Positions 24,209-32,786 of a DNA stretch of 36,432 nt are shown one piece after another; the stretch's first letter is position 1; the number at the start of each line of letters is the position of its first letter. The notes below the pieces were generated by a model. That model worked only from the letters and a program-made list of their open reading frames with translations, did no database searches and had not been told where the DNA came from. Source of the stretch: Actinomycetes bacterium. Lineage in GTDB: Bacteria; Actinomycetota; Coriobacteriia; Coriobacteriales; JAEZXW01. The stretch spans positions 1 to 36,432 of the forward strand of contig JAEZXW010000060.1 of NCBI GenBank assembly GCA_023419515.1, written 5' to 3'. Both the position numbers and the translations under genes were made by a program.

Positions 24209-25642
24209 ATGATGAGCATTAATAACCTGTTTGCTTCAAAGCTGCGCCCGGTCAACGTTGGTCTGGATATGTTCGCTAACGATATGAACCGCCAGCAGCT
24301 CAATCCAACCATGGTTGATTGGCGTCCACCAGCTGGTGGTGATCCACGCCTGGTTGCAGCCCTTGATTTTCTTGCTGATCCAGACCGCCGCGCGCTCATC
24401 GATGCCGCCAATGAAAAGGCAGTCGAGCAGATCCTAGCTGCCAAGCCAATTCTTCGCGCTTACGGTCGTGCCATCGATGTTGTTCCCGGTATGACCCCCA
24501 AAACCATTCTGCATGCTGGCCCTCCTATTGAGTGGGAGAGGATGAGCGGTCCGATGAAGGGTGCCGTCACAGGTGCTCTGGTGTTTGAGGGCTTGGCAAA
24601 AAACATCGCTGAGGCAGAAGAGCTTGCTGCTTCAGGCGAGATAGAGTTTTCACCCTGCCACGAGCACGCCTGCGTGGGCTCGATGGCTGGCGTAACATCA
24701 CCATCGATGTACATGCACGTCGTTGAGAATGAGACGGCGGGCAATTTTGCCTACACCAACCTCTCCGAGCAGCTCTCGAAGATCTTGCGTATGGGTGCAA
24801 ACGATCAGTCGGTTATCGATCGCTTGATCTGGATGCGCGATGTCTTTGGCCCGATGCTGGCCGAGGCAATGAGTCTGAACGAGGAAGGCATCGACCTCCG
24901 TCTTATGATGGCTCAAGCGCTGCACATGGGTGATGAGTGCCACAACCGCAACGTTGCTGGTACAACCCTCTTGATCCAGGCATTGACTCCATACATTGTG
25001 GACACCTCATTTAGCACTCAGGATAAGAAGGACGTCTTTAACTTCGTCGCTTCGTCTGACTATTTCTCAGGCCCAACCTGGATGGTGACCTGCAAAGCAG
25101 CACTCGATGCCGCCGCTGGTATCGAGCATGCAAGCGTCTTGACTACCATGTGCCGCAACGGCGTTGAGTTTGGTATCCGTGTGGCATCAATGCCCGATAC
25201 TTGGTTCACCGGCCCTGCTCAGCAGGTAAAAGGCCCGATGTTTGCTGGCTACAAGCCTGAAGATTCTGGCCTTGATATCGGAGACTCCGCCATCACCGAG
25301 ACCTACGGCATCGGCGGTTTTGCCATGGCAGCTGCTCCTGCCATCGTTTCGCTGGTTGGCGGTACGGTCGCCGAAGCGATGAACTACTCAAAGAACATGA
25401 ACGCTATCACCACGCGCAACAATCCCAATGTGACCATCCCAAGCCTCAACTTTATGGGTGTTCCAAGCGGTATTGATGTTCGCAAGGTGATCGAGACTGG
25501 CACGCTGCCGCTGATCAATACTGCCATCGCTCACAAGGAGCCTGGTATCGGCATGATCGGTGCGGGCATCGTCAATCCGCCACGCGAGGCGTTTGAAAAG
25601 GCGCTGTTGGCGCTGGCTGCTAGCTTTGGTTATAAGGAGTAA
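24209..25642 (+). CDS. DUF1116 (YlbE/AllG-like) protein
   Basis: ~477 aa soluble protein starting immediately after the fdrA stop. Size and invariant partnership with FdrA match YlbE-type DUF1116 proteins. No independent motif check was possible by eye. Confidence 0.6.
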   Translation: MMSINNLFASKLRPVNVGLDMFANDMNRQQLNPTMVDWRPPAGGDPRLVAALDFLADPDRRALIDAANEKAVEQILAAKPILRAYGRAIDVVPGMTPKTILHAGPPIEWERMSGPMKGAVTGALVFEGLAKNIAEAEELAASGEIEFSPCHEHACVGSMAGVTSPSMYMHVVENETAGNFAYTNLSEQLSKILRMGANDQSVIDRLIWMRDVFGPMLAEAMSLNEEGIDLRLMMAQALHMGDECHNRNVAGTTLLIQALTPYIVDTSFSTQDKKDVFNFVASSDYFSGPTWMVTCKAALDAAAGIEHASVLTTMCRNGVEFGIRVASMPDTWFTGPAQQVKGPMFAGYKPEDSGLDIGDSAITETYGIGGFAMAAAPAIVSLVGGTVAEAMNYSKNMNAITTRNNPNVTIPSLNFMGVPSGIDVRKVIETGTLPLINTAIAHKEPGIGMIGAGIVNPPREAFEKALLALAASFGYKE

Positions 25643-25644
25643 TC

Positions 25645-27240
25645 GTGAGTAAGCTTCCCCTGCCATTTTGGCGCCGCGGTGATATCGCTGCGTTTTTTGC
25701 GCTGTTCACCAATAACCTGACTAACTTTTTGACGGTCATTGCGCTCTTGACCGTCGTGGTCGGCATTCCTGGCGACCTCGTGTTTAAGCGCATTATCCCG
25801 GCCTACGGTATCGCGGTGCTCTTTACCTCGACCGTCTATGTGCTCTTGGCGATACGCCTCGCGAAAAAGACGGGACGCACCGATGTTGTTGCGCTGCCTT
25901 CAGGTCCTGCCGCACCGGCAATCTTTACTATTACGTTCTTGGTTATCCTCCCGGTCTTTCGTGAGACGAACGATCCATACTTTGCTATGGGTATCGCGTT
26001 GGTCTGGGGCTTTATTGAGAACATGATTCTCTTGGTCGGAGCATTTGTGGGCGAGGCTTTGCGCCGCGCTGTCCCGCGCACCGTGTTGCTTTCGTGCCTC
26101 GGTGGCTTGGGTCTGTTGCTTTTGGCGATGAACCCCATGCTCCAGAGCTTTGCGTTCCCAACCGTTGCATTTGTGGTGCTCGCGCTCATCTTCATCAACT
26201 GGTTTGGCCGCTCGCCACTTTTGAAGTCGTTCCCAACGGGTCTGCTCTTGCTGCTTGTGGGTACTGGCTTGGGCTGGGCGTTTGGCCTGATGAGCCCTGA
26301 GGCAATCACGAACGCACTTGCTCAGGCAGGCTTTTCGCCTCCAGGTGTTCACGTCGGCGACATCCCATCACACTTTGTGGTAGCCCTGCCTTATCTGGCA
26401 TCGGCAATTCCTTTGGCACTCGCTAATTTTGTCTTTGACATTGAGAACATTGAGAGTGCTCATACTTCGGGCGATCCATACCCAACCCGCTCGGTCGTTT
26501 TGGCCGACGCTGGCGCTGGCTTGATCGGTAACTTCCTCGGCAACCCATTCCCGGTAACGGTGTATGTTGGTCACACTGCCTATAAGGAGATGGGTGCTGG
26601 TATCGGTTACACGATGGCTAACGGTATTGCAATGTTCTTGGTGGCAATTGCTGGTCTGGGATCACTGCTTTTGGCGATTATCCCGATGGCAGCGATCGCA
26701 CCGATCCTGATCTTTATTGGTATCGTGACGGCGAACCAGGCAGTGCGTGAGACGCCGCGCCTTGAGGTGCCTGTCATCTTTGTGGCGCTCTTCCCGTGGA
26801 TTGCCAACTGGGGTCAGACGCTGGCTGGTAATGTGCTTAAGGCCGCTGGCACCAACGCGGGTGAGGTCGGCGCCCAGGCACTCAACGCTGCTGGAACCTA
26901 CTGGGATGGCCTGGTGGTTTTGGGTAACGGTGCGCCGCTCGTTTCGCTCTTGTGGGGCTGCATCGCGATCTTCTGCATCACCAAGCGTCCAATCGCTGGT
27001 ATGGTGACGGCGCTGACGGCTGCGGCACTGTCGTTCTTTGGCATCATCCACGCAGCAAAGCCTGTGTTGGGCGGCGAGACTGCCATGTCGCTGACCATTG
27101 GTTATCTGCTGATTGCTGCAATCTTTGTGGCAGCGTACTTCTACTATCGTACGCAGGGAGACAAGGCTGAAGGCGAAAAGTCTGAGGCTGAGGCTCCTGC
27201 TGAGGTGCCCGCCGAGCAGGTAGAGGTCGCCAAGGCATAA
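25645..27240 (+). CDS. polytopic permease, NCS2/AzgA-like nucleobase-type transporter (putative)
   Basis: At least 12 hydrophobic segments. ...VLADAGAGLIGNFLGNPFPVTVYVGHTAYKEMGAGIGYT...IPMAAIAPILIFIGIV resembles the AzgA/COG2252 pattern (aDa.a..iGa.lG.s..t.y.ES.aG...G.RTG...P..a.ap.LI.VG). GTG 25645 follows AAGGAG. C-terminal tail is acidic. Confidence 0.55.
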   Translation: MSKLPLPFWRRGDIAAFFALFTNNLTNFLTVIALLTVVVGIPGDLVFKRIIPAYGIAVLFTSTVYVLLAIRLAKKTGRTDVVALPSGPAAPAIFTITFLVILPVFRETNDPYFAMGIALVWGFIENMILLVGAFVGEALRRAVPRTVLLSCLGGLGLLLLAMNPMLQSFAFPTVAFVVLALIFINWFGRSPLLKSFPTGLLLLLVGTGLGWAFGLMSPEAITNALAQAGFSPPGVHVGDIPSHFVVALPYLASAIPLALANFVFDIENIESAHTSGDPYPTRSVVLADAGAGLIGNFLGNPFPVTVYVGHTAYKEMGAGIGYTMANGIAMFLVAIAGLGSLLLAIIPMAAIAPILIFIGIVTANQAVRETPRLEVPVIFVALFPWIANWGQTLAGNVLKAAGTNAGEVGAQALNAAGTYWDGLVVLGNGAPLVSLLWGCIAIFCITKRPIAGMVTALTAAALSFFGIIHAAKPVLGGETAMSLTIGYLLIAAIFVAAYFYYRTQGDKAEGEKSEAEAPAEVPAEQVEVAKA

Positions 27241-27325
27241 TGGCTGAGTAGCCGCAAGCTACAGCTACGGTCCTAGGTCATAACCGCAGCTAAACGCTGT
27301 AACTGTCAAAAGATGATCTGCATGT

Positions 27326-27366
27326 AAGGGGTGTGAGCCAAGAAGGCTTGCACCCCTTCGTTTTGT
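27326..27366 (+). terminator. rho-independent terminator ending the ankyrin-to-permease operon
   Basis: AAGGGGTGTGAGCC (27326-27339), AAGA loop, GGCTTGCACCCCTT (27344-27357): a 14-bp stem with two G-U pairs, followed by CGTTTTGTGTG. Confidence 0.8.
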
Positions 27367-27578
27367 GTGAGGGGATGGCACTCGTTATGCGCGGTTACCT
27401 TAAAGCGCGCTTACCACACGACTACTCTCATAAAGCGTTGCAACCTGATCGCACGCTTGTTTATCCTCCATAAATGCTCCTTGACTTTAGTTTCATAAAA
27501 GGTGATAGTAAGGAGGCTATCTCGTCTGTTTAGACAAAAATCCCTATTTCAGATCATTTTTCGTTCGAGGAGAATCAC

Positions 27579-28241
27579 GTGAAATTCTTTCTTGATACCG
27601 CAAATCTTGATGAGATTCGCGAAGCTGCGTCATGGGGTGCGCTTGCTGGCGTCACCACCAACCCAAGCCTCTATGCCAAGATTGGAGGTAAGCTTGCAGA
27701 TTTCAACGATCATATGATCAAGATCTGCGAGATCGTGCAGGGTCCCGTTTCTGCTGAGGTCACTGCTGAGGATCGTGCGGGAATGATTGAGCAGGGTAAA
27801 GAGCTCGCTTCGCTCAATGAGCACATCGTGGTCAAGATCCCGATGGGTGTTGAAGGTCTCGCAGCCTGTCACGCTCTTGCTGAAGAGGGCATTCATGTCA
27901 ACATGACCCTTGTCTTTACGGTGCCACAAGCCGTTCTTGCTGCTCGCTCCGGCGCTCGTTATATCTCGCCGTTTGTTGGCCGCTTTGACGACATTTCACA
28001 AAACGGCCTGGGCGAGGTTGAGTCAATCGTTTCAGCACTGTCGTTTTATGACTTTGGTCACGAGGTCGAGGTTATTGCTGCAAGTGTTCGCAGTGGTTGG
28101 CATGTCACCAGCGCTGCGTTGATGGGCGCCGATATTGCAACCGTTCCGTTCGATGTGCTCAAGAAGTGCGTTGAGCATCCATTGACCACTCAGGGTCTTG
28201 AAAGGTTCAAGGCTGACTGGCAAAAGGTCACTCAGGCTTAA
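27579..28241 (+). CDS. tal: class 3B transaldolase / fructose-6-phosphate aldolase (TalC/FSA family)
   Basis: (M)KFFLDTANLDEIREAASWGALAGVTTNPSL, VKIPM (Schiff-base Lys context), YISPFVGRFDDI. GTG 27579 follows GAGGAG. Confidence 0.9.
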   Translation: MKFFLDTANLDEIREAASWGALAGVTTNPSLYAKIGGKLADFNDHMIKICEIVQGPVSAEVTAEDRAGMIEQGKELASLNEHIVVKIPMGVEGLAACHALAEEGIHVNMTLVFTVPQAVLAARSGARYISPFVGRFDDISQNGLGEVESIVSALSFYDFGHEVEVIAASVRSGWHVTSAALMGADIATVPFDVLKKCVEHPLTTQGLERFKADWQKVTQA

Positions 28242-28331
28242 AGATCAACTGAGCTCAAATTACACTTCAACCATCCAACACTTTTCGTGCTGCGTTCTCG
28301 CGGCTCATGATTTGGAGACATAACAAAACTT

Positions 28332-30320
28332 ATGGCTGATACATCGTCACAATCCTTGCAAGATGGTCTCGAAACACAAGCTTCACCAAGTGCAGCTGCC
28401 GAGCCCGAAGCTTCACCTAAGCCCGCGCGTAGGCGTGGTCGTCCTCGCAAGAGTGAGTCTGCCGATGCCGCTCAGGCAGTTGAGGCAAGCGCTGATGCAA
28501 CCAACACGACAACCACACGTCGCAAAAAAGCACAGGATAAGACCGAGACCACTGAGCCAGCTCTTGCGCCAGCACCACGTAAGCGTGGTCGTCCGCGCAA
28601 AAATCCGCTCTCAGAAGCTGAGCAAGCGGCACTGATCGAGGAGCAAGCTCGACTGATTGCTCAGGTTATGCAAGAAGTGAAAACGGATGAGATTCAGGCT
28701 CAAGGCAAGGCTGAAGATGGTGCCTCCAAGACTGAGTCTCAGCTTGAGGGAGAGAATGAGGCTACATCAGCCAAAGCTGCACCCAAGACGAGGACAACCA
28801 AGCGCATCTCAAAGAAGAGTGAGACCGTAGATCACAAGGCAGAGGGCGTTCGTTCAGAGGATCGTGCCGAAAAGCCCGCTCGCGCAGATCGCAAACAAGA
28901 TCGCAAAGCAGATCGTGAACAGCGTGCGGATAAAAATTCACGCAAGAATAATCGCCGCCAGCGCAGGCAGTCGCATTTTGAACCAAGTGCCCCTAAGGTT
29001 AGCCGCGAAGATTTGTTGGCGCTCAAGGTCTCTGAGCTTAAAGAAAAAGCGACTGAGCTCGACATTGATCTTAAGGAACATCGACTCAAAGCAGATCTCG
29101 TTGAGGCAATCTACAAGACGCTTGCCCAGCGCGAAGGCTTTTGTGACTGTGAGGGTATCCTCGATGTTCTCGCTGATGGATACGGTTTTTTGCGCACCAA
29201 CGGTTATCTGCCAAGCGAGGGTGACATCTACGTTAACGCGAGCATGATCAGACGCATGGGGCTTCGCAAAGGTGATAAGATCACCGGAAGCGCTCGCCCT
29301 GGCAGCGGTAACGACAAGTATCCTGCGCTGCAAAAGATCAAACAGATCAATGATATGGATCCCGATCAAATGCAGTCGCGTCCGCATTTCACCAAGCTCA
29401 CGCCTATTTATCCTAACGAGCCGCTTGTGATGGAATATGATCGCAGTGCGCTCACCGGGCGTTGCATCGACCTTGTTGCCCCAGTTGGTAAGGGTCAACG
29501 TGGTCTGATCGTGTCGCCACCTAAGGCAGGTAAGACCACTATCCTCAAAAATATCGCCCAGTCGGTTGCAGCAAACAACCCTGAGGTACATCTGATTTGC
29601 CTGCTTGTTGATGAGCGGCCCGAAGAGGTCACCGACATGGAGCGCTCAATCAAGGGTGAGGTTGTGGCTTCGACCTTTGATATGCCGTGGGATCAACACA
29701 TCGCTGTCTCGGAGCTTGTGGTTGAGCGCGCAAAGCGCCTTGTCGAGCTCGGTGAAGACGTCGTGATCCTTTTGGATTCGATTACTCGTCTGGCTCGTGC
29801 CTATAACCTTGCGCAGCCTGCTGGTGGCCGCATCCTTTCTGGTGGTGTTGATTCAACAGCGCTCTATCCGCCTAAGAAGTTTTTGGGCGCGGCGCGTAAT
29901 ATCGAAAACGGCGGTTCACTCACAATTCTTGCCTCGGCACTTGTTGACACCGGTTCTAAGATGGATGAGGTAATCTTCGAGGAGTTTAAGGGTACGGGTA
30001 ACATGGAGCTCAAGCTCGATCGCGAGCTTGCGGATCGCAGGATCTTCCCAGCAATCGATCCAATTACCAGCGGTACACGTAAGGAAGATCTGTTGCTCAA
30101 TCCAAGTCAGGCGCCGTTTATCTGGGGTATCCGTCGCTTACTTGCCAATATGAACAATACTGAGCGCGCGATGACGATGCTTATTAAGAGTCTCAAGCAA
30201 ACTGCTGATAACCAGGAGTTTTTGATGCGTTCTGCCCGTAAGGCGCAGGCTCAAGGCCAAGGCACGGGTGCGGGGACAAGCGCAAGCTCGCCATCAAAAA
30301 ATGTAGGGCTTGAGCTTTAA
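28332..30320 (+). CDS. rho: transcription termination factor Rho with ~225-aa disordered basic N-terminal extension
   Basis: Rho_N and CSD-like part ([15 protein letters not shown]..., [15 protein letters not shown]). ATPase core ([81 protein letters not shown]). The extension contains two RGRPRK motifs. Confidence 0.95.
   Translation: MADTSSQSLQDGLETQASPSAAAEPEASPKPARRRGRPRKSESADAAQAVEASADATNTTTTRRKKAQDKTETTEPALAPAPRKRGRPRKNPLSEAEQAALIEEQARLIAQVMQEVKTDEIQAQGKAEDGASKTESQLEGENEATSAKAAPKTRTTKRISKKSETVDHKAEGVRSEDRAEKPARADRKQDRKADREQRADKNSRKNNRRQRRQSHFEPSAPKVSREDLLALKVSELKEKATELDIDLKEHRLKADLVEAIYKTLAQREGFCDCEGILDVLADGYGFLRTNGYLPSEGDIYVNASMIRRMGLRKGDKITGSARPGSGNDKYPALQKIKQINDMDPDQMQSRPHFTKLTPIYPNEPLVMEYDRSALTGRCIDLVAPVGKGQRGLIVSPPKAGKTTILKNIAQSVAANNPEVHLICLLVDERPEEVTDMERSIKGEVVASTFDMPWDQHIAVSELVVERAKRLVELGEDVVILLDSITRLARAYNLAQPAGGRILSGGVDSTALYPPKKFLGAARNIENGGSLTILASALVDTGSKMDEVIFEEFKGTGNMELKLDRELADRRIFPAIDPITSGTRKEDLLLNPSQAPFIWGIRRLLANMNNTERAMTMLIKSLKQTADNQEFLMRSARKAQAQGQGTGAGTSASSPSKNVGLEL
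28884..28919 (+). repeat. three tandem 12-nt in-frame units inside the rho N-terminal extension
   Basis: GCAGATCGCAAA / CAAGATCGCAAA / GCAGATCGTGAA encode [12 protein letters not shown]. Confidence 0.7.
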
Positions 30321-30374
30321 AAACAGCCAATCAAAGCACAAGCCTGTATGTGCGACTTACGGAAAGAGTTGAAA

Positions 30375-32621
30375 ATGAATCGTCGATCGAATCGTCAGTC
30401 TTTTTCGTTTAAGCATGTAGTTGTGAGCTGCTCTGTCGTAGCCACTCTTGGGCTTGGTCTTTCAGTCGTGGCTGGTCAGCCGATTACCGCGCATGCCGCT
30501 GATGAGCCTCCAGCTGCGTATACAGCCGATTCTGCTGCGTTTGGTGATGCGGGTGCTGAGCTCGCTGCTCCTGTGCAGGATAACTCGCGTTCAGTTGAAA
30601 CGCTAGCAACTCCGCGGGCAGCTCAGCCTACCAATGGCTGGTGGTTTGAGAACAACAAGTGGTATTACTATCGCAACGCCGAGCGTTTGACAGGGTGGGA
30701 GAAGGTCTCAGGCATTTGGTATTACCTCGATCCAGCCGATCGCGGTGCGGTGGTTAGCGGCACCTCAAAAAAGATCGACGGTGATTTGTATCTTTTTGCC
30801 AAAAGTGGCGCCATGTATAGCGCAGGCTGGGTTAAGCCTGATTTTGATGATGCCTGGTATTACCCAGATTCCAGTGGCAGACTCGCAACAGGTTGGAAAA
30901 AAATTAATGGCTGGTGGTATTACTTTGAGCCAAAAACTGGCAAGTCACTGGCAGGCGGTGCGTATCCCATTGAGGGTGCGACCTATCTTTTCGACCGCAA
31001 TGGCGCGATGTATCGTGGAGGCTGGGTCAAGTTCGATACGACAGGCGAGTGGTATTACGCTGAGTCAAGCGGCGCGCTGTTGATGGGCTGGCAACGCATC
31101 GGCGATTATCAGTTTTATCTTGATCCTGCTCAGCGCGGCAAGATGGCGCGAGGCGGCGTCCAGCTCATTGGCGGCAAGCCCTATGTCTTTGATAACAGCG
31201 GCGCGCTCTATCAAAACGGCTGGGCAAAGGTGAACGGTAACTGGTATTTTGCCGCATCCAATGGCGAGCTTGTACAGGGCTGGAAAACCATTGGTGGCTG
31301 GACGTATTACTTTGATCCAGCCAATAAGTTTGCAGCCGTTGCTGGTAAGGTCAAAAAGATCGACGCCAATAGCTATCAATTTGACGGCAACGGTGCGCTC
31401 TATCAAAACAAGTGGATTTGGATTCCAGAGCACAAGACCTGGCGCTATGCTGGAGGCTCAGGTGTCTTGGCATCTGGTTGGCTTAACCTCTCCGATGGCA
31501 CCTATTTTCTCGACAATCAGACTTTCTTGATGAAGCTGGGTGAGACGCAGATCGGTGCAAGCCGCTATTTCTTTGACCACAACGGTCGCCTTAAGACGGG
31601 TACGTTTAAGGCAAAGGATCGCATTTATAAGGCTGATAACCAGGGTAGGCTTGCCAATTCAAGTGAGCTCAAAGAAGGCTGGTTTGAGCTGGAAGGCAAG
31701 TGGTATTGGATTCAAAACGGCGGCAAGCTAGTCAGTGGTTACAAGACTGTCAATGGTAAGCGCTATTACCTCAAAAAGCCGGATGACTACTCGATGGCTG
31801 CCAATGAATGGGTGTATCAGTCTGATGGCACAAGACTTTGGGCTGATAGCTCGGGCGAGCTCATGTCATCAACGCCGGTCTATGTGAACAACAGCTACTA
31901 CGGCTCATTTGAAACGGCGGTCAACCGTCAGATCCAGAAGCGCGCTGGCACTGATGCCGCGGCAGTCAGGCGTTTTATGGATCCACGTAACTTTAAGCCA
32001 AATACCCCGGCGTACTTTCAGTTCATGCGCCTTGATAAGCCGATGGGTTTGAGTGCTACTCAGATCAATCAGATGCTGAAGGGTAAGGGTGCACTTGAGG
32101 GTCAGGGTGCCGCCTTTAAGCGTGCAGCTGAGGTTAATGGTTTGAACGAGGTGTATCTCGTGGCTCATGCGCTTCATGAGACAGGTAATGGTAGGTCAAA
32201 CCTTGCAAATAACGCCTATTGGAATACCGAGACCCAAACAGCAGAGATAACGCCAAGCGCATCGAGCGCGCACGTTTATAACTTCTTTGGAATTGGCGCC
32301 TATGACTCAGCGGCATTTTACGGTGGTACTAAGCACGCCTACACCAATGGCTGGACGACCAAAGAAAAGGCAATCATCGGTGGTGGTCAGTTTGTAAAGA
32401 AGGGCTACATTGCTGCTGGCGGTGTCAGGATGAGCGGTCAAAACACCCTCTATAAGATGCTCTTTCACCCTGAAGCACATGCGCTTAATCCCGCTAATAT
32501 CTGGCATCAGTATGCAACCGATCCAGGTTGGGCGTACAAGCAGGCAGTGATCATGAGTAAACTTCTGGCTGAGGTTGACGGTTATTCTTTAACGGTAGAT
32601 GTGCCGAGCTACACATACTAG
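30375..32621 (+). CDS. secreted peptidoglycan hydrolase: cell-wall-binding repeats plus C-terminal N-acetylglucosaminidase domain
   Basis: Signal peptide (MNRRSNRQSFSFKHVVVSCSVVATLGLGLSVVAGQPITAHA). About 14 repeats follow of the GW...NG.WYYF....G type (choline-binding/CW_binding_1-like). C-terminal GQGAAFKRAAEVNGLNEVYLVAHALHETGNG...NFFGIGAYD is typical of the glucosaminidase (LytD/AtlA-type) domain. Confidence 0.85.
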   Translation: MNRRSNRQSFSFKHVVVSCSVVATLGLGLSVVAGQPITAHAADEPPAAYTADSAAFGDAGAELAAPVQDNSRSVETLATPRAAQPTNGWWFENNKWYYYRNAERLTGWEKVSGIWYYLDPADRGAVVSGTSKKIDGDLYLFAKSGAMYSAGWVKPDFDDAWYYPDSSGRLATGWKKINGWWYYFEPKTGKSLAGGAYPIEGATYLFDRNGAMYRGGWVKFDTTGEWYYAESSGALLMGWQRIGDYQFYLDPAQRGKMARGGVQLIGGKPYVFDNSGALYQNGWAKVNGNWYFAASNGELVQGWKTIGGWTYYFDPANKFAAVAGKVKKIDANSYQFDGNGALYQNKWIWIPEHKTWRYAGGSGVLASGWLNLSDGTYFLDNQTFLMKLGETQIGASRYFFDHNGRLKTGTFKAKDRIYKADNQGRLANSSELKEGWFELEGKWYWIQNGGKLVSGYKTVNGKRYYLKKPDDYSMAANEWVYQSDGTRLWADSSGELMSSTPVYVNNSYYGSFETAVNRQIQKRAGTDAAAVRRFMDPRNFKPNTPAYFQFMRLDKPMGLSATQINQMLKGKGALEGQGAAFKRAAEVNGLNEVYLVAHALHETGNGRSNLANNAYWNTETQTAEITPSASSAHVYNFFGIGAYDSAAFYGGTKHAYTNGWTTKEKAIIGGGQFVKKGYIAAGGVRMSGQNTLYKMLFHPEAHALNPANIWHQYATDPGWAYKQAVIMSKLLAEVDGYSLTVDVPSYTY

Positions 32622-32675
32622 CGATATGGCGTAAGGCTCCTGACAGAGAGCAGCAAGTAAGCTGATGAGCAAATG

Positions 32676-32705
32676 GCGTCTTGGCAAACAAGGCGCTTTT
32701 TGTTT
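32676..32705 (+). terminator. rho-independent terminator after the hydrolase gene
   Basis: GCGTCTTG (32676-32683), GCAAA loop, CAAGGCGC (32689-32696): 8 bp with one G-U, followed by TTTTTGTTTG. Confidence 0.7.
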
Positions 32706-32739
32706 GTCATATTGTTGTGTACACCTGCGCTTTTCACGT

Positions 32740-32745
32740 TATAAT
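32740..32745 (+). promoter_or_regulatory. consensus -10 hexamer TATAAT upstream of the orphan membrane protein gene
   Basis: Perfect TATAAT at 32740-32745 with TGTACA 16 nt upstream as a weak -35. This argues that ATG 32787, not ATG 32748, is the start codon. Confidence 0.4.
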
Positions 32746-32786
32746 GCATGCTATATACAGGCAGAGGAAAAGCTGGGGCGAAAGCT

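Noticed and set aside
28938-29591. 217-aa minus-strand ORF inside rho
   Set aside because: It is antisense to the most conserved part of Rho, so it is a shadow frame.
30600-31900. Repetitive DNA in the hydrolase gene as a possible tandem-repeat or CRISPR-like array
   Set aside because: The periodicity is at the protein level (cell-wall-binding GW/YY repeats of ~20 aa) with diverged DNA. There are no identical direct repeats with unique spacers.
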